In this document: in pieces, positions 58,057-64,000 of the stretch
Numbering within the stretch: position 1 is the first letter of the stretch
How the letters are laid out: each line of letters begins with the position of its first letter
NCBI GenBank assembly: GCA_902479145.1
Contig: CABSNR010000002.1
Location: 24,393-88,392, forward strand
Source: an uncultured Collinsella sp.
Lineage (GTDB): Bacteria; Actinomycetota; Coriobacteriia; Coriobacteriales; Coriobacteriaceae
Direction of reading: 5' to 3'
DNA: 64,000 nt
The notes under the pieces: generated by a model
Told to the model about the DNA's origin: nothing
The model's input: only the letters and a program-made list of their open reading frames with translations
Databases searched by the model: none
Program-made: the position numbers and the translations under genes

Positions 58057-58311
58057 ATGGAGTACGGATCGTTCCAGGCCGAGGAATTCGGCGACCTGCA
58101 GCGCCTGGTCGACGGGCTGTTTTACGACCGCCACGCCATCGACCGCCTGGATCTGATCGTACAGGCCGAAATCTTGGACCTGGTGCCCGATCTCATGGAA
58201 ATCGTCAACCTGCTACCGCCCGGCTATTACGACCGCCAGTCACTTTGCGACCAGCTCAACTCCGCCTTGGCCGCCCACGGCTGGGGCGCCGTCTACGGCA
58301 CCGTGGAATAA
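58057..58311 (+). CDS. small hypothetical protein
   Basis: AAGGAGG RBS, 84-aa ORF with genome-typical codon usage. Confidence 0.7.
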   Translation: MEYGSFQAEEFGDLQRLVDGLFYDRHAIDRLDLIVQAEILDLVPDLMEIVNLLPPGYYDRQSLCDQLNSALAAHGWGAVYGTVE

Positions 58312-58330
58312 ACCTAGTCATTGGGGCCTG

Positions 58331-58558
58331 TGGCCAAAAAATAGCAAATATGAGTACTGTTACTTTTTTAGTGACAGCGATTTTGAATTAAAAAGGCCAG
58401 TCTTGGCCTTTTGTGTCCGGTTTTGGAAGGATGCGTCGGCATTTTTCGTCCAGCCACGCAATCGTTAATGCACAGACAGAATAGATTTGTACATTATTTT
58501 TCGCGCCTAAAATGAAACGCCGTTTGTGACAGTACTCACAAACGGCGTTTTTTGGCCA
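58331..58558. repeat. long inverted-repeat element (core GCAAATATGAGTACTG), gene-less copy
   Basis: Left arm TGGCCAAAAAATAGCAAATATGAGTACTGTTAC; right arm GTGACAGTACTCACAAACGGCGTTTTTTGGCCA; ~228-bp span, similar to 43803-44029. Confidence 0.8.
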
Positions 58559-58643
58559 CTGGGGTGTCCGGCAGGTGGCAAGTACCACTCAAAACCGCGT
58601 TTTACACGCGCTCGAGCAGGCTCTGGCGTCTGTTTCTACGCGC

Positions 58644-60002
58644 CTACTCGTTCTTGGGCGCGGGGTGCTTGCAGATCACACTCATGTAGATCATGCCAAG
58701 CACGGCAGCGGTGACCGAACCGGCAAGGATGGCGGCCTTGGCGGCCAGAACCTCAAACTGGGCCGTCGGGAAGGCAAGGCCGCTGATGAGGATCGACATC
58801 GTAAAGCCGATACCGCCCAGAATGCCCACGCCGGCAATCATGTGCCAGTTGACATTGTGCGGCAGCTCGCAGGCCTTGAGCTTGACCAAGGCGAACGTCA
58901 TGCCAAAGATACCGATCGGCTTACCCAGCAGCATGCCAAAGTACACGCCGAGCGTCACCGGGTCGGTGAGCAGCGTGCTCATGTCCACGCCCACTAGGCG
59001 AACCTGTGCGTTGACGAACGCAAAGATCGGCAGGATCACAAAGTTGACCGGCGTGGAGATCAGGCGCTCCATGCGGATGAGCGGCGGGGTCACGCGGTGC
59101 ATGACGCGCTCGACTTTGGTGGTCGAGACGGTAAAGTCATGCTGGCCCAGGATGTGCGCCTCGTCGTCGTAGCGGTCATCGAGCAGCGGCAGGCACTCGC
59201 CCAGCCAATCGGTGAGGCTATCAAGCTTAACACCGCACTTGGCCGGGATGGTGAAGGCCAGGATGACGCCAGCAAGCGTGGCGTGCACGCCGCTCTTGAA
59301 CATGCAGAACCACAGCAGCAGGCCCAGTACCGAATACGGGGCAAGGCGGTAATGCTGCGTCTTGTTGAGCCACACGAGCGCACAGGTCACAAGCGCGGCG
59401 GCGCCCAACCAAAACGGATTGGGGCTCTGACCGTAGAAGATGGCGATGGCGGCGATGGAGATGAGGTCGTCGGCGATGGCGAGCGTCGAGAAGAACACGC
59501 GCACGCCGTTGGGCACGCGATTGCCCAAAAGCGACAGCACGCCCAGCGCAAAGGCAATATCGGTTGCCATGGGGATAGCCCAACCGTTGCGGGCGCCGGC
59601 ATGGTTGAAGATCAGGTAGATGCAGGCGGGAACGACGACGCCGCCCACGGCCGCCAGCATGGGAAGCATGGCCTGACGCGGATTCTTGAGCTCGCCGACC
59701 GTCATCTCGTACTTAAGCTCAATGCCCACCAACAAAAAGAAAATCGCCATGAGGAAGTCGTTGACGAAAAGCTCAACGGTGAGACCGGCCGTAAGGTTGC
59801 CCAGACCCACATACAGCGGGGTCTCCAAAAAGTGATGGATGGCCTCGTAGGCATCGGTATTGGCGCAAATGACGGCGGCGATGGCAGCGATCACCATGAC
59901 GGCGGCGGAAATCGTGCCGTTCTCGGCGATGCGCTCCCAAATGTCATGGCGCTCAAAACGCTTGCGCTCACGGACGTTGAACAGCTGCTCGGGTGCTGCC
60001 AT
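58644..60002 (-). CDS. nhaA: Na+/H+ antiporter NhaA
   Basis: NDFLMAIFF, GWAIPMATDIAF, LAIADD, GIGFTMSI. Confidence 0.95.
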   Translation of the reverse strand: MAAPEQLFNVRERKRFERHDIWERIAENGTISAAVMVIAAIAAVICANTDAYEAIHHFLETPLYVGLGNLTAGLTVELFVNDFLMAIFFLLVGIELKYEMTVGELKNPRQAMLPMLAAVGGVVVPACIYLIFNHAGARNGWAIPMATDIAFALGVLSLLGNRVPNGVRVFFSTLAIADDLISIAAIAIFYGQSPNPFWLGAAALVTCALVWLNKTQHYRLAPYSVLGLLLWFCMFKSGVHATLAGVILAFTIPAKCGVKLDSLTDWLGECLPLLDDRYDDEAHILGQHDFTVSTTKVERVMHRVTPPLIRMERLISTPVNFVILPIFAFVNAQVRLVGVDMSTLLTDPVTLGVYFGMLLGKPIGIFGMTFALVKLKACELPHNVNWHMIAGVGILGGIGFTMSILISGLAFPTAQFEVLAAKAAILAGSVTAAVLGMIYMSVICKHPAPKNE

Positions 60003-60035
60003 GGGCGGCTCCTTTCACGGGAAAGCTCCCGTCTT

Positions 60036-60071
60036 AAAAAAGCACGGCCCGCCCAAGTGGCGGCGCCGCGC
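60036..60071 (-). terminator. terminator hairpin inside the nhaA 5' leader (candidate attenuator)
   Basis: Minus strand GCGCGGCGCCGCC-ACUUG-GGCGGGCCGUGC-UUUUUU, ending 33 nt before the nhaA ATG. Confidence 0.65.
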
Positions 60072-60209
60072 TCTAACGTATTACGCTTGCATCTAGCCTA
60101 CCCTGCACGACAAGCGCGCAAGCGTGGCCGAAAAGCGGAACCACAGGTTGAACATTATTTGCTCAACGGCACGGGCACGCCTATCCAAGAGACGACGCGG
60201 CGCCGTGCA

Positions 60210-60250
60210 CAAAAAACGACCGGAGCGCGGGGCGTCCGCGATCCGGTCGT
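60210..60250 (-). terminator. intrinsic terminator of ppaC
   Basis: Minus strand ACGACCGGA...UCCGGUCGU followed by a U-tract. Confidence 0.75.
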
Positions 60251-60269
60251 GGCGTTTGGTCAACTAAAC

Positions 60270-61193
60270 CTAGCAGGCGGCCATGATGGGGGCAGCGACC
60301 TGCTTCTTACGGGAGAGGACGCCCGGCATCCAGACGCCGTCGTGCTCGTCGGCAATGCCCAAGCCCTTCTGAGCAGCCTCGGTCTCGCCCTCGAGCAGGA
60401 CCTGCGAGCCCTCCTCCATGATGTCGGTGATGCACAGGACGATGCCGTCAGCATCCTTCTCGGCGGCATAGGCGCGCATGGCCTCGCGAATCTCGTCGAT
60501 CATGCCGAGTGCGCGGGTCTTGTCGACGGTCTCGTACTGGCCGATGAGCAGCTTCTTGCCGGCAGGCTCGAACATCTTGATGTCGTTGCCGACCATCTCG
60601 GCTGCGGTGAAGGAGCCGGACGGACGGGTGAGGAAGACCTCCATGCCAAACTTGACCGGGTCGACGCCCACCTGCTCGCCGAGCTTGGCGGCGACGGCGC
60701 GGTCGACATCGGTGGTGGTGGGGCTCTTGAGCATGAGCGTGTCGGTCATCATGGCCGAGAGCAGCAGCTTGGCCTGAACGTCGGAAAGCTCAACACCGAG
60801 CACGCCGGCGAGCTTGGTGACGATGGTGCAGCTGGAGCCCCAGGGCAGGCAGATGTAGTGCAGCGGGCCGGCGGTCTCGAAGTCGCCGATGCGGTGATGA
60901 TCGACAACGCCAAAGACCGTGGCGTCCTTAAGGCCGGCGACGGACTGGGCGGACTCGTTGTGGTCGGTGAGAACGACGAGCTGGCCGGCCTCGACGGACT
61001 CGATCACGCGGGGCTCGGCAATGCCGGCGTCGGCGAGCAGCTTGGCGGACTCGGCCGGAAGCTGACCCAGAGCGCAAGCCTCGTAGGTGTTGCCAGCATA
61101 CTCAACCTGGTTGAGCAGCTGGGACAGGACGACGGCGCTCATGATGGCGTCGTTATCGGGGTTCTGGTGACCAAAGACAAGAACGTTTGCCAT
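60270..61193 (-). CDS. ppaC: manganese-dependent inorganic pyrophosphatase
   Basis: GHQNPDND, LTDHNE, VDHHR, KSPTTT, VLSRKKQV. Confidence 0.95.
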   Translation of the reverse strand: MANVLVFGHQNPDNDAIMSAVVLSQLLNQVEYAGNTYEACALGQLPAESAKLLADAGIAEPRVIESVEAGQLVVLTDHNESAQSVAGLKDATVFGVVDHHRIGDFETAGPLHYICLPWGSSCTIVTKLAGVLGVELSDVQAKLLLSAMMTDTLMLKSPTTTDVDRAVAAKLGEQVGVDPVKFGMEVFLTRPSGSFTAAEMVGNDIKMFEPAGKKLLIGQYETVDKTRALGMIDEIREAMRAYAAEKDADGIVLCITDIMEEGSQVLLEGETEAAQKGLGIADEHDGVWMPGVLSRKKQVAAPIMAAC

Positions 61194-61359
61194 GGATATC
61201 CTCCACTTGATATGTGTACTTGGACGTAGCTATGGTAGCACGCCGATGCCGAGCCTTCGCAGACGGAAGGGCCACGGCATATTTTGGGGCAGGCACGGGG
61301 GCCAAGGCTGTCCCTTTTGCACCATGTTGGTGCAATGTAACCTGTCCCCCTTGCACCAG

Positions 61360-62313
61360 CTATTTACCGGCAGCGCGCAGGGCTACGTAGGCAGCACCGA
61401 TGATGCCGGCGTCGTTTCCGAGCGAAGCGACCTTAATGGGTGTCTCGCGCGAGGCGGAAAGCGCGTACTGCTTAAAGTGCTCGCGAACCTTGTCGAGGTA
61501 GACATCGGCCGAGGCGGAGGCGCCGCCGCCGATGAGGAACATCTCGGGATCAACCACGTTGGCAATAAGCGCCAGTGCGCGGCCGAGATAGTCGGCCATG
61601 GTATCGGCCGCGGCCAGCGCGAGCTTGTCGCCCTCGCGGCAGGCCTGGAACACGTCCTTGGAATCGGAGGGGCCGGTCAGCTCGATGGGCTCGATGCCCG
61701 CCTTCTCGCACTCGGCAAGGTAGTTGCTCACCACGCCGGTGGCGCTGGAATACTGCTCCAGGTGGCCATGGCCGCCGCAGCCGCAGGTGCGCTCCTCGGC
61801 CGGGTTCAGGCACATGTGGCCAATCTCGCCGCCAGCACCCACAACGCCCGATACCACGTCGCCGTTAACGATAACGCCGCCGCCCACGCCGGTACCAATG
61901 GTGACCATCACCACGTTCTGTACGCCCTTGGCAGAGCCGAGCCAGGCCTCGCCCATAGCAGCAGCGTTGGCGTCGTTCTCGTACTTAACGACCGCGTCGG
62001 GGCAGTGCTCCTGGATGGCGATCTTGAGCTCGGGCAGGTTGATGGCGATGTTCGCCTTGACCTTGGCATCGCCCGATGCCGGGATGGGGCACGGAACGGC
62101 CAGGCCAATGCCCGACACAAAGGCACGCGGAATCTGGGCCTTGGCGACCACCTGGTCGATAGCCTCGGTCACCGCGGCAAAGCCCGCGGCGTCAACGATA
62201 GGAGGCGTGGGCACGCTGGCCTTGGCAAGCAGGTTGCCGTCCTCGTCGAACAGACCCTCCTTGACCGAGGTGCCGCCGACGTCGATGCCGATGTAATACT
62301 GCTTAGGTTCCAT
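61360..62313 (-). CDS. glcK: ROK family glucokinase
   Basis: GIDVGGT, ENDANAAAMGE, GTGVGGG, GEIGH, CGCGGHGHLE. Confidence 0.88.
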   Translation of the reverse strand: MEPKQYYIGIDVGGTSVKEGLFDEDGNLLAKASVPTPPIVDAAGFAAVTEAIDQVVAKAQIPRAFVSGIGLAVPCPIPASGDAKVKANIAINLPELKIAIQEHCPDAVVKYENDANAAAMGEAWLGSAKGVQNVVMVTIGTGVGGGVIVNGDVVSGVVGAGGEIGHMCLNPAEERTCGCGGHGHLEQYSSATGVVSNYLAECEKAGIEPIELTGPSDSKDVFQACREGDKLALAAADTMADYLGRALALIANVVDPEMFLIGGGASASADVYLDKVREHFKQYALSASRETPIKVASLGNDAGIIGAAYVALRAAGK

Positions 62314-62594
62314 GGGAGCCCGCCTTTCTCGTTTAAACATTGCCTGTATGGTACCGCTCCCAAGGCAAAAACCTACCAAAAAGGACAGGTTTGTTTTGGC
62401 AGGTTTTATCTGGGAAAACGCGAATGGCCGCTTAACACGACATTACTCAGATGTTTATCTATTTAGAGCGCTCTAATTTATATGCAAAGCGACTTTTAAT
62501 TATATCTTTCTCGAACTTTTTAAATATATAATAGGGATGCTTAGGTGTTAACTATACTTTCTTTTATACTCAACCAAGTTGGAAAGGAGGTTCC

Positions 62595-63314
62595 ATGATT
62601 CCCAAATACGAGGCGATAGCTGCAGATATTCGTCGCACTATCGAGGATGGCGCTCTTAAACCGGGCGACAAGCTTCCTACCGTCGTTGAGTTCTGCAAGC
62701 TCTATAACGTTTCCAAAATCACCGTCAAACGAGCTATTGAACAAATCACCGAAGAGGGTCTTATTACCAGCCGACGCGGATCGGGTACCTACGTTAAGGA
62801 CACGGCGGGACTTCCCGGCCAGGCGTTTTTCCAGGGCAAAAACGACCGTGCCCAGGGCTTTTCATATGAGCACCGCGGGGAAAAGGTGACCTCGGTGGTC
62901 TACGATTTCTCGATCGTTAATCCACCAGCGGACATCGCAGCCCAGCTGGGAATTGCTGAGGATGACTTTGTCTATCACGTCGTGCGCGTGCGTCAGGCCG
63001 ATGAGAAGCCCATCGTTATCGAGTACACCTACATGCCCCTCGAGCTGATTCCAGGCCTTAAAAAGAAGGACCTGTACGGATCGGTCTACCGCTTCATCCG
63101 CGAGCAATGTGGGCTGAAGATTTCGAGCTTCCACCGTACTATTCGCGCCGTGGCAGCAACCGAGGAAGAAGCCGAGCGTCTGGACACCAAACTTGGCTCT
63201 CCCCTGCTCGAGCTCACCCAGATTGGCTTTTTGGACAGCGGCGCCGCCTTTGAGTATTCGATCTCGCGCAACGTTGGCGATCGCTTTGAGTTGCACAACG
63301 TAACGTTGGCATAG
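62595..63314 (+). CDS. GntR (UTRA) family regulator
   Basis: KYEAIAADI, GDKLPT, VSKITVKRA, RRGSGTYV. Confidence 0.9.
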   Translation: MIPKYEAIAADIRRTIEDGALKPGDKLPTVVEFCKLYNVSKITVKRAIEQITEEGLITSRRGSGTYVKDTAGLPGQAFFQGKNDRAQGFSYEHRGEKVTSVVYDFSIVNPPADIAAQLGIAEDDFVYHVVRVRQADEKPIVIEYTYMPLELIPGLKKKDLYGSVYRFIREQCGLKISSFHRTIRAVAATEEEAERLDTKLGSPLLELTQIGFLDSGAAFEYSISRNVGDRFELHNVTLA

Positions 63315-63388
63315 GTTTTTGTAGTCACGCGGGCGCTCGTTTTGAGCCGTCTTACGCGGCACCCGCACAACCTTATGGGAGTATGCAC

Positions 63389-64000
63389 ATGTCCGATTTG
63401 ATTAAACTCACGCCGATCTTCCACGAGAAGATCTGGGGCGGCCGCCAGTTGGAGACCGTGTTTGGCTACGACATTCCCGAGGGTCCCATCGGTGAGTGCT
63501 GGGCCATCTCGGCCCATCCCAACGGCGACTGCCAGATTGCGGAGGGACCGTACACCGGCCACACGCTGTCGTGGCTGTGGGCCGAGCACCGCGAGCTCTT
63601 TGGCAACTGCGAGGGCAAGGAGTTCCCGCTGCTCATCAAGATTCTGGACGCCAAGGACGACCTTTCGATCCAGATTCATCCCAACGACGAGTACGCCGCC
63701 AAGCACGAGAACGGCAGCCTGGGCAAAACCGAGTGCTGGTATGTACTGGACTGCGAGCCCGGTGCCACGATCATCGTCGGCCAGCGCGCGCACGACCGCG
63801 CCGAGGCCGCGCAGATGATCGAGGGGGGCCGTTGGGACGAGATGCTCAACGTGCTGCCGATTCACAAGGGAGACTTTTTCCAGATCGACTCCGGCACCGT
63901 TCACGCCATCAAGACCGGCACGCTGATTCTGGAGACGCAGCAGTCGAGCGACGTGACATATCGCCTGTACGACTACGACCGTCCCGGCACCGACGGAAAG
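63389..64000 (+). CDS. manA: mannose-6-phosphate isomerase class I (partial, runs off window)
   Basis: Not in the ORF track; MSDLIKLTPIFHEKIWGG...GECWAISAHPNG, FPLLIKILDA, LSIQIHP, GKTECWY, GTVHAI, ETQQSSDVTYRLYDY. Confidence 0.93.
   Translation, partial: MSDLIKLTPIFHEKIWGGRQLETVFGYDIPEGPIGECWAISAHPNGDCQIAEGPYTGHTLSWLWAEHRELFGNCEGKEFPLLIKILDAKDDLSIQIHPNDEYAAKHENGSLGKTECWYVLDCEPGATIIVGQRAHDRAEAAQMIEGGRWDEMLNVLPIHKGDFFQIDSGTVHAIKTGTLILETQQSSDVTYRLYDYDRPGTDGK

Overview
High-GC actinobacterial chromosome segment. Gene content and order suggest Coriobacteriia, probably Collinsella-like (inference only). The first ~34 kb is a carbohydrate region. It holds a tagatose-6-P operon lacA-lacB-lacX-lacC with no lacD, a single lacF (EIIA), and three tandem paralogous LacI + lacE (EIICB) + lacG (GH1) cassettes; the third lacE has a TAA at codon 9. 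It continues with a DeoR-type lacR, galM, an orphan mannose-class EIIB whose phospho-His is replaced by Tyr, tRNA-Thr(CGT), and a GalNAc-type cluster (PTS IIA-yajC-IIB-IIC-IID, GntR, agaS, nagA, second lacX-lacC, a nagA remnant, YhcH-like). The remainder is mostly housekeeping: icd-family, degV, hpf, comF, ricT, holB, tmk, topA, hypAB, tatC/tatB, nhaA, ppaC, glucokinase and a partial manA. Non-coding signals absent from the ORF track are: (1) a ~265-nt raiA-motif structured RNA at 43386-43650 (-); (2) a DUF559/Vsr-like nuclease gene with a ~52-bp-arm inverted repeat, plus a gene-less copy of that repeat at 58.3 kb; (3) arrays of a TGTAACA-N25-TGTTACA palindrome (7 units, 80-81 bp period) closing each lac cassette; (4) several other interspersed palindrome families; (5) an 11-bp motif in direct pairs 21 bp apart upstream of six sugar operons; (6) a terminator inside the nhaA leader. 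All calls come from reading the sequence; no searches were run.
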